From positions 68,758,001-68,822,000 of the forward strand of contig OX597832.1 of the NCBI GenBank assembly GCA_951406725.2: a DNA stretch of 64,000 bases, read 5' to 3'. The stretch comes from Octopus vulgaris. Its lineage: Eukaryota. The position numbers and the translations under genes are program-made. Positions 13,398 to 26,957 of the stretch are shown here, one piece after another. A model generated the notes under the pieces. That model did no database searches. It was not told the DNA's origin and saw only the letters and a program-made list of their open reading frames with translations. Numbering within the stretch: position 1 is the first letter of the stretch; every line of letters begins with the position of its first letter.

Positions 13398-14469
13398 CAG
13401 CCCAACACCCTTATTAGAAGATTTCATAAAGTAGTTTTCAAAGCACACTACTCCAGAGGTCACGATTGGAATGATTTTGATCATAACTTCGTTTAACCAG
13501 GGCTGATCTGAGCCTAAACATTAGTAAAACAACACTTATTTGTTGTTTATTTGACCAAATCAATTTTGCTTAGTTAAGTCACTTTTGCCATCAGAAAAGC
13601 ATTGAACCACCGACTGGTTTGTTAAAATCCCTTAAACAAACACTCTTTTCCTTTGCATTGATTTTCCTGTTTTGTTTAGAAATTTTTATACTCATATCTC
13701 TGTAACTATTTTATAATGATTTGATGCCATTTACAACCGTCTGCCCATCGTTTACTTTATATATAATAATATATAATAAATGAAGAAATATAATAATATA
13801 TAATAAATGAAGAAATAATTAACAATAGATTATCAGATAATAAATACAGATAGTAAATCAGTGTTCATCAAGAGGTTATCGATAGGTTATCAACATATTA
13901 TAAATAAAATACTAGCTATTAATGTCAGTGGCAAAGTATTCTGTGGAAAAGTACAATTCTCAATTAGTACAAATAGTTGTTCCAACAAAAACACTTCAAC
14001 AATTCTAGCTTTGAAATAAACAAACATAAATCAATAAAATAGCAGTTCAACCTCTGGCTAATGCACTACTACCTTGAGCAGGGTATTTAACACTCATTGC
14101 TTAAGAGAAATACAAGGAAAATAGTATATGTTGATATGCAACAGACTGGGTAAAATCTAACCCTTGTATTATTTGAGTGTTAGACTGAGGCTAAGGTCTG
14201 TTATGATTCCTAGTACTTGGAAGGCTGGAGCTTAACTCATTTTCCATGGTACATAAGTGCTTAACATTACAAATTCCCTGCAGGGTGGGACACCAGTCTC
14301 TCACAAGTTAAACTTCCCAGCTAGTGCTAGAATTCATTTACAGCTGAATGGACAGAAATAATACAATGTGTCTTATGTAGTTTTTCCTCCAGTATGTGGT
14401 AGATCAATACTTATTATAGACCATTTAATATCATACCTAACATTCCTCCCTTTAAGGCTCCATATAAAT

Positions 14470-15400
14470 TTAGAGGAGAAAAGTTTTTGTTTTCCTATAT
14501 TTAAATGAAAAAACATGACTCTATAATTCAACTATAAGAAACATAGGTCAAATAATAGTAATGCATAATGCTAGTAAGGCAAGGCATTATATAATAGTAA
14601 TAAGGATGGAAGTAACAATAATAATTGTAATAATAGTTATAATTGTAACAATATTAACAGTTAAAATACTGTTAATGATAATGATGATGATAATAATAAA
14701 CATAGTAATAATAATTTCTGTTATTTGCCTCCAGGAAATATTGATAATATGAACTATAGTAATAAAAACAACTTAGATTAATATATGAATCTGATATATC
14801 TGGTTCAAATAGAGAATATCAAATGTATTATATTTTAACAGGGAAAAGTTTCCTAGCTCAAAACCTAATATTGACAATAGGAGGAAGGGAAAATTTTTAC
14901 ATAAACAATATCTATATGAAATCATATAAATGACCATTAAAAAAGCCAACAGGGGAATGTACTTACTGTTATATAGGCACTTTCACAACTGATTTTAAAA
15001 CAAGAGTAACCAATCGCGTTTCTTTATTTAAATATAGGACAAAAACAAAAAAAGAAAACTTCACTTCTTTAAGTAGATTTATTTGGAGCTTAAAAGAGAG
15101 GAATTTTTAGGTGTGATATTAAATGAGCGATATGATGAATAGTACACCACCACATAATGGAGGAAAACTCAAACGTAACTTATGCATATCCTTATATCCA
15201 TATCTAACATATTAAATAAAAGAAATTAATGCTAAGAAGTGCACATTTACTTAGAAGAACATTTACAACCTTGCCAAACTGATGAAGTACTGATACGTGC
15301 ATTCTTAGGTCTGACTTTCTTTGTCTGGTTTATTCAATGTAGTTAACATAACTCGTACCATTTAGTGAATACACTAATATTTACTTTATCGAATTATTCT
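14470..15400 (+). pseudogene. decayed PLE GIY-YIG endonuclease 3' remnant
   Basis: YIGTFTTDFKTRVTNRVSLFKY...FTSLSRFIWSLKER at ~14970-15100, followed by a CTGATGA remnant at ~15279. Confidence 0.65.
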
Positions 15401-15454
15401 AGTTATCTTAATTTTCTAATTATCATTAGTCCTATTATTATTGTTGTTGTTCTA

Positions 15455-15835
15455 TAGCTTCCTTACCAACAACATGGTTCTGGGTTCAGTCCCACTGTGT
15501 GGCACTTTGGGCAAGTGTCTTCTGCTATAGCCTCAGGCCGACCAAAGCCTTGTGAGTGGATTTAGTAGATGAAAACTGAAAGAAGCCTGTCGTATATAGG
15601 TATGTATGTGTGTGTGTGTATATGCTTGTGTGTCTGTGTTTGTCCCCCCCCCCCGCCAACATCACTTGACAACCGATGCTGGTGTGTTTATGTCCCCGTA
15701 ACTTAGCGGTTCAGCAAGAGAGACTGATAGAATAAGTACTAGGCTTACAAAGAATAAGTCCTGGGGTCGATTTGTTCAACTAATGGCAGTGCTTCAGCAT
15801 GGCCACAGCCAAATGACTGAAAGAAGTAAAAGAGT
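15455..15835 (+). mobile_element. SINE family 1 copy
   Basis: Reverse complement of the 11521-11928 family. Confidence 0.85.
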
Positions 15836-15898
15836 AACTCACAAGAGAGTTGATGATGGTGTCTTTAGTTTAAACCTCACCAAAATAAATATCTAAAC

Positions 15899-15962
15899 CA
15901 CCTGATGAATGACTGTGACTCAAAAATTTTAAGAAATTAACAGCCATGAAACGATCGTAGTG
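15899..15962 (+). ncRNA. type-I hammerhead ribozyme, ACGATCGT stem-III family
   Basis: cac CTGATGA atgactgt...acagccat GAAA cgatcg TA gtg. Confidence 0.75.
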
Positions 15963-16195
15963 ATATATTAATTATATTTTTTTAATAATTTTGTTATATA
16001 TTTAAATAATATAAATTAAATAATCTTATGTATTGGCTTAAGTTTTTCATTGAATGATTTGCCTTATTGTGGTTTTGTCTCTAATTTAATATAATATAAT
16101 ATTTTACTATAAAATTGGATTCAATCCTAAATCTGATTTTTCCCTGTAAGTTTGGATTTATTCCCTAATATTTATTATATATATATATATATATT

Positions 16196-16626
16196 GGTAA
16201 AAACGGTAAGATAACAAAAGATAGAAAGAGACCTCAATATTATGTAAATAGAGGAATTTATCTGTAAATATAATATGTGACAATTGTTCGGTAGCCAAGA
16301 TAAAACTCTGAGTCTCCGATGCCGGTTATCGGAAAAACGCTATGAAAAAAATTACCTCCCAAACGCCACTATTCGTCACTAAGAGCTAAAACAGCTTATT
16401 TTGGATAATTGCCAGACATCGGTTGAGGATTCTACCACACAGAAGAATTCAATATGGATGCCTATTACATAGATTATTTTATGAAAAACATACCTAGGTT
16501 TTTTCATAGCGTTTTTCCGATGGCCAGATAACTGAAGAGATGGTGGTGTGGATTTCCACCTCGGCATCAGAGACTCAGAGTTTTATCTTGGCTACCGAAT
16601 AATTGTCACATATTATAGTTACAGAT
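16196..16626. mobile_element. rearranged inverted-repeat pLTR-like element with hammerhead remnant (16527-16587 +)
   Basis: 16260-16325 is the reverse complement of 16562-16626, and 16329-16348 of 16500-16520. Motif: gataa CTGAAGA gatg...catc a GAGA ctcagag TT ttatc (GAAA changed to GAGA). Confidence 0.6.
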
Positions 16627-16633
16627 ATATATA

Positions 16634-19600
16634 TGCTAGCATGGGTGGGACAGTTCAGCTGGGGTCGGGGAAGCCAAAAGGCTGCGCCAGGCCCAGTCTG
16701 ATTTGGCAGTGTTTCTACAGCTGGATGCCAATCTGAGAGTGTAGTGGGTGCTTTTTATGTGCCACCTGCACAGGTGCCAGACGAGGCTGGCAAACGGCCA
16801 CGATCGGATGGTGCTTTTTACGTGCCACTGGCACGGAGGCCAGTCGGGGCAGCGCTGGCAATGGCCACGTTCAGATGGTTCTCTTACATGCCACCAGCAC
16901 TGGTATCACAGCTACTATTTCCATTGATGCTGAACGATTTCGCTTTTGATTTTCACTTGCATCAACAGGTCTTCACAAGTAGGGTTTGTGTCACAAGGAG
17001 GAAAGGTATGCATAAATCGGCTGGCTACGTCCCAGGTAGAGGCTACGGGTTATGGTCTCACTTGTCCTGCCGGGTCTTCCCATGCACAGCATACTTCCAA
17101 AGGTCTCGTCTCTGGTCATTTTCTCGGTGAGACCTAAAGTTTGAAGGTCGTTCTTCACCACCTTGTCCCAAGTTTTCCTGGGTCTACCTCTTCCACAGGT
17201 TATCTCAACCTCTAGGGTGTGGCACTTTTACACACAACTATCTTCATCCATTCTCGCTACATGACCATACCGTGCAAACGTCTCTCTTGCACACCACAAC
17301 TGATGCTTCTTAGGTCCAACTTTTTCTCTCAAGGTACTTACACTCTGTTGAGTATGAACACTGACATTACACATCTATCGGAGCATACTGGCTTCATTTC
17401 TTGTGAGTTTGAGCATATCCTCAGCTGTCACAGCCCAAGTTTCACTGCCATGTAGTATGGCTGTTCATACACATGCGTCATGCAGTCTGCCTTTTATTCT
17501 GAGCGAGAGGCCTTTTGTCACCAGCAGAGGTAAGAGCTCTCTGAACTTTGCCCAGGCTATTCTTACTCTAGCAGTTACACTTTCAGCACACCGGCCGCCG
17601 CTACTGACTTGGTCACCTAGGTAACGGAAGCTATCAACTATTTCTAGTTTTTCTCCCTGGAATGTGGCAGAAGTTGGTCTCTTCACATTTTCAGTGTTTA
17701 TTGCTCCTGAGCATCTCCCACATACAAAAACTATCTTCCCAGTTAGCCTTCCTTTGAGATTGCTGCATCTCTTATGTGTCCATAGCTTACACTTGGTGCA
17801 TCTTATAGAGTTTCTACTAATGCCTTTTCTACAGATCGAGCAGGGCCATCTATCTGAAGGCGTTTGGGATTTACCTGCCTTCCTACATATTAGGACTTTG
17901 GTTTTAGCTAGGTTGATTTTAAGGCCCTTCGATTCTAATCCTTGTCTCCACACTTGAAACTTTGCCTCTTGTTCTGATAGTGACTCAGTAATTAGAGCAA
18001 GGTCATCAGCATATAGGAGCTCCCAGGTGTATCCTGTCTTGAATTCCTCCGTTATTGCCTGCAGGACTATGATAAATAGGAGGGGGCTGAGGACTGAACC
18101 TTGGTGGACCCCTACCACTACCCTGAATTCTTTAGCGTACTCGTTGCCAACCCTCACCTTACTTACAGCATCTCTGTACATGGCTTGCATTGCTCTCACT
18201 AACCATTCATCTATCCCTAGTTTCCTCATTGACCACCAGATAAGGGATCAGGGGACCCTGTCAAAGGCTTTCTTCATGTCAATAAAAGCCAGGTACAGGG
18301 GCTTATCTTTGGCTAGGTATTTCTTCTGCAGCTGTCTCACCAGAAATATGGCATCAGTGGTGCTTTTCCCTGGCATGAGACCAAACTGCATCTCATCCAA
18401 GCTGACTCTCTCCCTAATCAGTTGGGCTATGACCCTCTCTGTAACCTTCATTACCTGATCCAACATCTTGATACCTCTGTAATTATTTATATCTAAAGCA
18501 TCAGCTTTACATTTGTAGCAGTTGACTATTAAGCTGCTACACCAGTCATTGGGTATGACTCCTTCATGTATCACCTGGTTAACTATATGGGTGATTAGGC
18601 TATAGCCGACACTACCAGATATTTTGAGCATCTCTGCAGTAATTCCTGATGGACCTGGGACTTTCCCTGTCTTCATGCTTATAAGTGCCTTAACTACTAA
18701 GGAACTGTCAACTTGGCTATCTGGTCCCTCTGTTGGGTTGACATTCAGCAGACTCTCTTTCTCCCATTCATTTTCTTTATTTAGTAGCCTCTCATAATGG
18801 TGTCTGCTTACCTTTCTCTTTGCATCCTCATTCAGCGCAAGTGAGCCATCATCCATGCGAACACATATCTCTCCTACCACATCACACCGGCCACCGCTAC
18901 TGACTTGGTCACCTAGGTAACGGAAGCTATCAACTATTTCTAGTTTTTCTCCTTGGAATGTGGCGGAAGTTGGTCTCTTCACATTTTCAGTGTTTATTGC
19001 TCCAGAGCATCTGCCACATACAAAAACTATCTTCCCAGTTAGCCTTCCTTTGAGATTGCTGCACCTCTTATGTGTCTTGCAACACACTGTCTGGCAACAC
19101 GGAATACCTCAAGTCTTTGGTCCTCATGGTGCAGAACATTGGCAAATTTTTTCTTATCTGGTTCCCCTCTGGCTAAATAAACCTGTCTCCTAGCTTCCCT
19201 TTTGCAGACTGATACACTTCCCTGCTACCACTATTTTTCCAGTCCTTCCAAGCCTGTCTCTTTTCTCTAATAGCCCTGTCTACAACATTGTCCCACCACC
19301 ACGTTATTTTGGGTTGAGAGGGGACTTTGCACCAGCCACAGATCTGGTCCGTGGCTCTCAGCAGGTTGTCCCTTAGAGACCTCCAGTTGTCTTCTACCCC
19401 ATGTGAAGCTATATCCCCTTCTTCTTTGTCAAAAGCTTCAAGTAATATATCCCTAAGTCTCTGTCCATTTGCAGGATCTTTAAGCTTCCAGATCCTTCTT
19501 CTCCATGTTGGTCGTCTTCTGGTCATCCTCTTAGTCCTGATCCTAAAGTCACTAACTACCAGTCTATGTTGTGGGGTAAATTCTTCGCCTGGGAAGGTTT

Positions 19601-19650
19601 TGGCATTTATAAGCAGCCATCTTTCCCTTTTCCTGGCAAGGATGTAGCAT
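16634..19650 (-). mobile_element. RTE-clade non-LTR retrotransposon, 5'-truncated
   Basis: Endonuclease end (QHRLVVSDF) and RT motifs GPSGITAEML, NYRGIKML, QFGLMPGKSTTDAIF, FIDMKKAFDRV, GVHQGSVLSPLLF, LLYADDL, FRYLG. 3' UTR repeats present. Stops and frameshifts present. Confidence 0.95.
17465..19087 (-). pseudogene. RTE reverse transcriptase ORF fragments with embedded C4HC3 zinc finger
   Basis: ORFs 17465-18229 and 18248-19087. WPCSICRKG..SIRCTKCKLWTHKRCS...FVCGRC lies between YADD and FRYLG. Confidence 0.9.
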
Positions 19651-19669
19651 GTTGATATTTGTGGGTGTG

Positions 19670-20125
19670 TTTAAGGTAGTGAGTTAACTGCACCAGGCTA
19701 CATGCTTAGAGGCATTTTATCTTTCTACATATTTTGAGTTTGAATCTTGTCAAAGTCCACTTTGCCTTTCATCCTTTTGGTGTTGACGAAAATAAGTACC
19801 AGTTGAATACTTGGGTCAATGTATTCGACTTGCCCTCTTCCCTTGAAATTGCTGGCCTTGTGCCCAAATTTGAAATCAATATTTGTGTGTGTGTGTATGC
19901 AGATATGCCTATATGTAAATTCTTTCAACTGCAGGCACAAGACCTGAATATTTGAGGAAGGGAACTTGCCGATTAAATCAAACCCTGTACTTAACTAGTA
20001 TTTATTTCATTGACCCTGAAAGGACGAAAAGTTGATCATAGCAGAATTGGAACTCACACTGTAAAGAGTAAGAAGAAATGCAGTGAAGCCTTTTCCCAAT
20101 GTGTTGACAATTCTACCAGCAGAAT
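19670..20125. mobile_element. two SINE family 2 copies in opposite orientation
   Basis: 19670-19880 plus and 19930-20125 minus, both carrying the gcctttcatcc/gaaagg motif. Confidence 0.65.
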
Positions 20126-20642
20126 GTAATTAAACATGCAGTTGTGGCAAACCAAAATGTGACAAACCAAACTGTGGTAAACCGATATGCAAATATGATA
20201 ATTGGTGCAAAAAGAATACAAATAAGTAAATAGAATTAAGTTTGCTATTTATATATTTTATCAAATATTTTTTTTTTTATACTTATTTGATTATGGTCAT
20301 GCTGGAACAAAGCCTTCAAAGGTTTAGTTAAGCCTATCAAGAATGGTAATTGTTTTTAGATTTGGTAATTATCTTATCAATATGTGTTTATAGAATTGCT
20401 ATGCAATGATACAGCAACAACATTTTTGATTTTGAGCAGTATAAACATAAACACTTACCCCTATATACGAATATATGATCAAACAGACTTGTAAGAAGTG
20501 GTGTTGCTCATTGATTTCTCTTGTTTCAACTTACCCCAGTAGAAAGACACTGTCCTAAATGTGAGATTTCTCATGTCTCACACTAAATTCACTATTCTTT
20601 CTTCTCCTTCTGTCCCTCTGTACACACACACACACTTATATA

Positions 20643-20865
20643 TATAAGAGGATGAACTGAAAAGTGCCTAGCTTTGGGTAAAGGAAAACTCTGGTGGATC
20701 AGTTAATTACGATTTTATTCATCATATTCCTCTCTCAGATTTTCACACTTATTGCAGTAGTCATTCAATCTTGTAAGCCCTGTAAAAGAACTCAGAAGAT
20801 TGGACCCCCCAACCAGGCCTTTTGCAATACCCTTAAAGCCAGGAACTGTTCAATACCCCCTCATA
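20643..20865. mobile_element. mariner-type MITE
   Basis: Degenerate TIRs 'ta.gagg..g.actgaaaagtgcctagcttt' / 'aaagccaggaactgttcaataccccctcata', with TA at the ends. Confidence 0.7.
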
Positions 20866-21669
20866 GTACAGCATATTAAGATTTATTAGAGCTTTACCAA
20901 TGTTGGCATCTTGTGGAAGCAGAATAACATTAAAGACAGATTATGCTTAGCATTTCATTCCATAGTAAAGATAATACACTTTCAGAGATGTTGTCTCTTA
21001 AGCCTGCACATTGAATACTACCAAGGTGGACTTTTACTTCATCTAAATAAAGGCTTCAAACATAACACAATTTCAAAAGAAACGGTTCTTCATAAATTTT
21101 CAACCATTTCATAGTTTTCTAAGTACCATGGAAATTCCATGGTTATTTCCAGCTAACTGTGGCTAAAGTCGTTTCCTCTCTTGCTTTCCTGATCATTGAG
21201 TAACCAATGAAATGTAAGAATTTTATATTAATGGACATGATAAATTTTTGTCTGTTGAATTAATACTCTTATTACACAAGACTTTTTGATGAAGTTTGAA
21301 TATTATTGTATAAATCTTTCTCTCCAGTTTTTGCTCACATGTTTCCTTGATATCTGACAAGAGATACAATGTCAAGGCAACATGTTCCTTCAGCATTTAT
21401 ACTGTTGGGACATGTCAATAGTTTTATTAGTCTTTTTACAATTCCTCTCGATCTTGGGAATTCTTTATGCATTCCAATGTTCTTATCTCAGCATCATTCA
21501 CCAACTCTCTCCTGTTTGTCATCTTGAAAACAGGAATTATATTTGCAAGTGACCGAATCACTTGCTGATGCAAGCAGTTCACTGCATTTTTTTCTTCACC
21601 TTTTTGATGTTTCTGTAGGTCTTCCTGTCTTTCACCCCATTGCATTTGGTTGTTCTATAACTTTCCATT

Positions 21670-22030
21670 TCAAGATGAAGCTTTTATGAAACAATATGTT
21701 AATTTTTTATGACAAGCAAAGGTTATGGATGCCCTGCTCAGTTTACAAGGTTTGACATGTTCTAATAAATGCCAAACAATTTTATATTTGCTAACATCCA
21801 GATTTTGTTAAATACCACATGTATCTAGATACACTTGCTTCACTTTATTCCAGATGTCTAAAAAATGTTGATGCTGATTAAATCACCTCTTGAATTTATT
21901 TTCATTTAATTTGATGGAATTTTTGAAGCTTGAATCATCAACTGCAGGCACTTTTGCACAATAAACTATTAATTTCAAGACATGACTTTTTAAATGGACG
22001 ATTTTTGTGAACAAGACACTTAAATGAATG
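21670..22030 (-). pseudogene. highly decayed PLE GIY-YIG remnant
   Basis: Frame-shifted VYCAKV...NENKFKR*FNQHQ...SRYMWYL...YKIVWHLLEHVKP, resembling a PLE endonuclease C-terminus. Confidence 0.5.
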
Positions 22031-24926
22031 TAAATTCAGTGTAAATAGTTAACATTTTTACTACAGAGTTCCATTATTTCCAACTTATGGGTTTTAATGA
22101 AGCTAAATTAACATTTCAATTAAACATTTTATTATATTCATAATGTTTCAGTAATTAATTAATTTATTAGCTTACTTCTATTTCCAGTAAGAGAGTATGC
22201 AATTCTATGTAAGAGTAATTATACTCTTTAGTTTCATCAGAGCCAATTGAATTCTAATAAAGTTATTTGTTCCATTCATTCTGTTAATGAAATATAATTT
22301 GTCCAAATCCAAACACCATCATTCATAACTTTGGCTTCCTGGAATCTGTCCTCACAACCATTTCCGACTACCCTGACACAAACCACACTTTTATTTACTC
22401 CAAACTGCAGTGAAACATGAGTTCTAATAAACAATAAAACTATTTTGGTTTTCTTCTAATGCAAAATACTTCATAGCATGACAACTCCGCAATGAACTGA
22501 GATGAGTTTATCTTTGGGTGAGTATTTCTAGGGAACATCTACAACGTGTCACAAACAACACCAAGGTCACCTCAAATTTATAATTTCCCTCATTTCTATT
22601 CTGTTCTTTGATCATCAGTCTGTCGTGTTTTCCAACACAGAGTGGTGTGTTGGAACAAGGAATATACTTCATCTTCATTGCAATATTCCTCTACACAGCG
22701 TTTCCCTTTGATACAGCCCTTTGCTCTCCTCCTCATGCTCAGTCCCTGTCCTTTCCTACTTTCCATACAAGAGATCTCCCTAGATTTAGTTTGTGTATAA
22801 ACAGCAACTGTGTTTTTATAAGCAAGGAAGTATGAAAATGTATTTGCCCATTTGTCTGTGTGCATATCTAATAACACAACTTGTACCCCTAAGATCTATA
22901 CACATGATCTAAAATATTGGGCAATTATTTGGATATCTTAATTACAAGCCTCAGTTTCACTAAAAACCTCCCGTTTCCACCCACACCACTTTCCCTTTTT
23001 CCCCTTGACTTTGCTTGAAAACTTCACCTCATCCTCACTCCTTTTTCTCTTTATTCTCCTTTGTTTGCCTCTCACCAAATCTGTTTGGCATTTTCTACCC
23101 CACTTGCTTACTTTTTTTTTTAATTCTACAATCTCAAAACAACCAAATGTATTTCTTTACTACCCACAAGGGGCTAAACACAGAGGGGACAGACAACCAA
23201 ATGGATGAATAGTTTTGTTTTAAAATCTATTTAAGAGTCCTTCTGTTTCAAACTAGTTTTGCTTCTAATCTTCCTATTTTTTTGGTACAACCAAAGTCTC
23301 TTCTTCCTTGCTGATTTCATTTATTCTGTCATATCTCATGGCATGTCATATTTTGGCCTCTTTGTCTTCCACAAATACAAAACTTCTGACCTTCTCATAA
23401 TAGCTTTCTTGTGGACTTCTCCCTTATTCAAGCCATCACTCTCAGCATCCCTCCTTCCTTTCTGTCTCAATACAGTTTACCAATTTGCTAAAAGTGTCGA
23501 GCTGGCAGAATTGTTAGTGTGGCAGACAATATGGTTTGCAGCACTTTTTCCTGCTCTTTACATATGAGATCAGATATCTCCAAGGAAGACATTGCCTTCC
23601 AATCTTTTGGAGTTGATAAAATACAAACCAGTTGAGAAACTGGAGTCAATGCAATCAAATAACTCTTACCACAAATTTCAGGCCGTGCGTCTATATTAGA
23701 AACAATTTAGTAGCTTTCTAGTATATTCCCATCGCTATTTTCTCTATGAATTCTTCACTCACAGTTGAAGAGACAAGTGTCAGAAACATTTACCTTTTTG
23801 CAACCAAATTGCCTGAGACGACCTAACCCGGTTCAATGATACAAGCCTTCTGTTGTAATGGGATCTATATTAAAAACTTCCGTCAAAATTTCATGTTGTG
23901 TTCCAAACATCAGTTTAATAATTTTAGAAAGTTCTTAGTTCTTCGTGATTTTAAAATTAATTGAAACAAATGTAGTTTGTTTCAATAGAACAATGGTACC
24001 AAAACGGTAACACATTGAATCCTTCACACAACAATTAGAATTATCAAACAAATTCTTCTATGGATCGAATGCCACTTAAACAGGCTGGCACTAATTTCCA
24101 TTGCATTGAAATCCTTTACAGCATAAATCTTTTTCTTTTTTTAGAGAGAGGAAACGAATTCTTGAACAATATATAACAATAAAGATATTCATAACATTAA
24201 AATAGTCAGAGGTATTTTTCACTTTGGTTTATGAAAAGTATTTTTTGAGAAACTTGTATTCACTAATATTTGTTCCTGTTGGCATTTTTGTTGTTATTGT
24301 TGTTATGGTAGTTACATTTGTTGTTTTGGTTTACTTTATCCTCCCTAGCTTTTGAAATTTTTTCCCCTTCCTTTAAGAATCACCAAATCAAATTTGCAGA
24401 CTTTTGTTCTCTTAAAATTACCATTTTCTGATGTCTTGGAATCTAAACTAAGACAATATTTCTTTCTAAGTTATTAATCTACTAAAATGTGCTGAATTCT
24501 TGATATTTGTTTATTAATTATTTTCATATTTTTCTACTTTTCTACTTTTTTAGACTTGCTTTCTTTATTATTTATATTTTTCATGTGTATTTTTTGTTTT
24601 ATTTTTGAAGTTTTATTTAATCATCTATTTACATTTTTTTTTTATTCTGCCATTAAAATTTTGGGGTACAATTACTTGTCAGTTTTCTTTGAAAAACATT
24701 TGTTTTCATTAATCATTTTTCTTCCTTTTTCTCCTGTCTCTTTACCTGTTAGTCCTCTTTCATTCTTTTCTTTTTTACCTCCTTCCTTCCCCCCTTCTCT
24801 CTGTCTCTCTACACATCTTTTTAACTAATAATCTACTTATTTCCTTCTTCCACTCTTTCCTTTCATTCTATTCTTGATTGTATGATTTTTTTTCTTCTTT
24901 CTTCTTATTCTTCTCTTCCTTTTGCC

Positions 24927-24963
<37 letters not shown>

Positions 24964-25429
24964 ACTTCATTTTTTTCATTTCCTGTAAACTTACTAAAAA
25001 TAATTCAAATACATGAATAATCACCCCACCACCACTATCACTCACACACCACATTCTCCACCCCCACCCTGCTAACCATACTCACATGACGATTTACATC
25101 AAAATATGAATAAATTTCTAAATTAAACATTAAATTTTCTTTTTCTTGGATTTGGAGATATGAATATATTATCTTCGGTCAGTGGTTCCAAAGGGACTTA
25201 GTGCAGTATTCATTAACATAGTGTGCCGCATAACACAATATTAAATACAATATTTATGAATAACAATTTTTATTACAAAATAGTTTTTGCTGTTGTTGTT
25301 GTTGTTGTTGTTGTTATTGTCTATGCATTGCTCCAGGTCAGATATGATGCTGGAGACTTATGGTCAAAAACACTATGGAATGTCTAATCATAGGTGCAGT
25401 ATTTGTGTTGATAATAATAATCATAAACA

Positions 25430-25447
25430 TTATTATTACTATTATTA

Positions 25448-25500
<53 letters not shown>
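25430..25500. repeat. (ATT)n microsatellite
   Basis: Direct observation. A similar tract lies at 26783-26843. Confidence 0.95.
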
Positions 25501-25503
<3 letters not shown>

Positions 25504-26565
25504 TCAGCCAAGGAAGGAGATTATGTTTCCATTGGCATTGGTTTGTTCGTCTGTCCATCTGTGTGCAAAATAACTCAAAAAGTTGTGAACGGTATTTTAT
25601 GAAATTTGCAGGAAAAGTTGGTAATGACACAAGAAACAGATGATAAAATTTTGGTAGTAATTCGGGAATTTTTATGGATTCTTGAAGGATTTTTCATTTG
25701 TTATATTTACTTTACATGAAGTATTATAATGTTACGTTCTTTGATTATCAACCATGAAAACATGTTCATCGTTTCAGCGTAACTTAAGGTGCCATTGCTG
25801 TTTCCAAAGTTTATTTTCGTTTCTCTATTAATAATTTTACTTGCATATCTATCTTAAAATGAACTGCTTGGTGGAGGTCTGCAGAGGATGACATGACAAG
25901 CCTTGACTGTTGGGATCAACTCAAAAATCTCAGGTTTTGCTCCCTCCACCACCGCTGTGAGCTCTCTATCTTCTGTATGATGTGGAAAATATTCCATCAA
26001 CATTGCTTGTCTTTAAAATTCGTCTGAAGCTTGGCCCCGTACCATCCATCCACTACAGAAATGTTCATGTCATATCACAACACTATGACAGAACTATTTC
26101 ACCTCAATTGGCCCTACTCTCTTCAACATCATGCCAGACACACATAAAGGAGGAAGTGACTACACAGCATTCAAACAATCCCTAGATGATTACCCCCCCA
26201 AAATACCAGATAAACCACCCACACCCAGATATGTCTCTGAAAACAAAAAGCTTCTGCTTGAATAGGCTACAATTCCCCAGAGCTGACTGTGTATCTCTTC
26301 CAGGCGGTGCTATTAAATTAGAATTAAATTAAAAGCTTGCTGTTGTTATTGATGTATTATATCTGCTTCAGATGATTCCTGTTTAAAAACTTTTTTTTTA
26401 AATCATATGTCTGTGTTATTTTTTTTTACCCCTGCCAAGGATGTTATGTTTTTGCCGGTGTTGGTTTGGGAAATTGGGCGATTTTCAGCATGCGTGTATA
26501 TGGGTGGAAATGAGCTGCTTGGCAGAAGTCTGTGCTCTCCAAGTGCTTTACTAGTTATTATTATG

Positions 26566-26785
26566 AAGGTGGTGAGCTGGCTGAGTCGTTAGCATGCTAG
26601 GCAAAATGCTTAGCTGTGTTTCGTCTGTCTTCATGTTCTGAGTTCAAATTCCGCCTAGGTTAACTTTGACTTTCATCCTTGGGGGGGGGGGGGGTAATAA
26701 ATTAAGTACCCGGGAAACACTGGGGTCGATGAAATTGACTAGTCCTCTCCTCTCCCCACAAATTTCAGGCCTTGTAGAAAGGATT
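26566..26785 (+). mobile_element. SINE family 2 copy
   Basis: aaggtggtgagctggc...ctgagttcaaattccgcc...ctttcatcct...aagtacc. Further copies at 23495-23705, 38365-38585, 47480-47875, 62357-62570 and 63249-63560. Confidence 0.8.
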
Positions 26786-26787
26786 AC

Positions 26788-26841
<54 letters not shown>

Positions 26842-26925
26842 CATCAGACTGGAGCCTGGCTTCCCAGACCCCAGTTGAACTGGCTAACCCATGCCAGCAT
26901 GGAAAACGGAAGTTAAAAGATGATG

Positions 26926-26957
<32 letters not shown>

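Noticed and set aside
15279-15380. CTGATGA downstream of a GIY-YIG remnant
   Set aside because: The position fits a pLTR, but no convincing GAAA or stem III.
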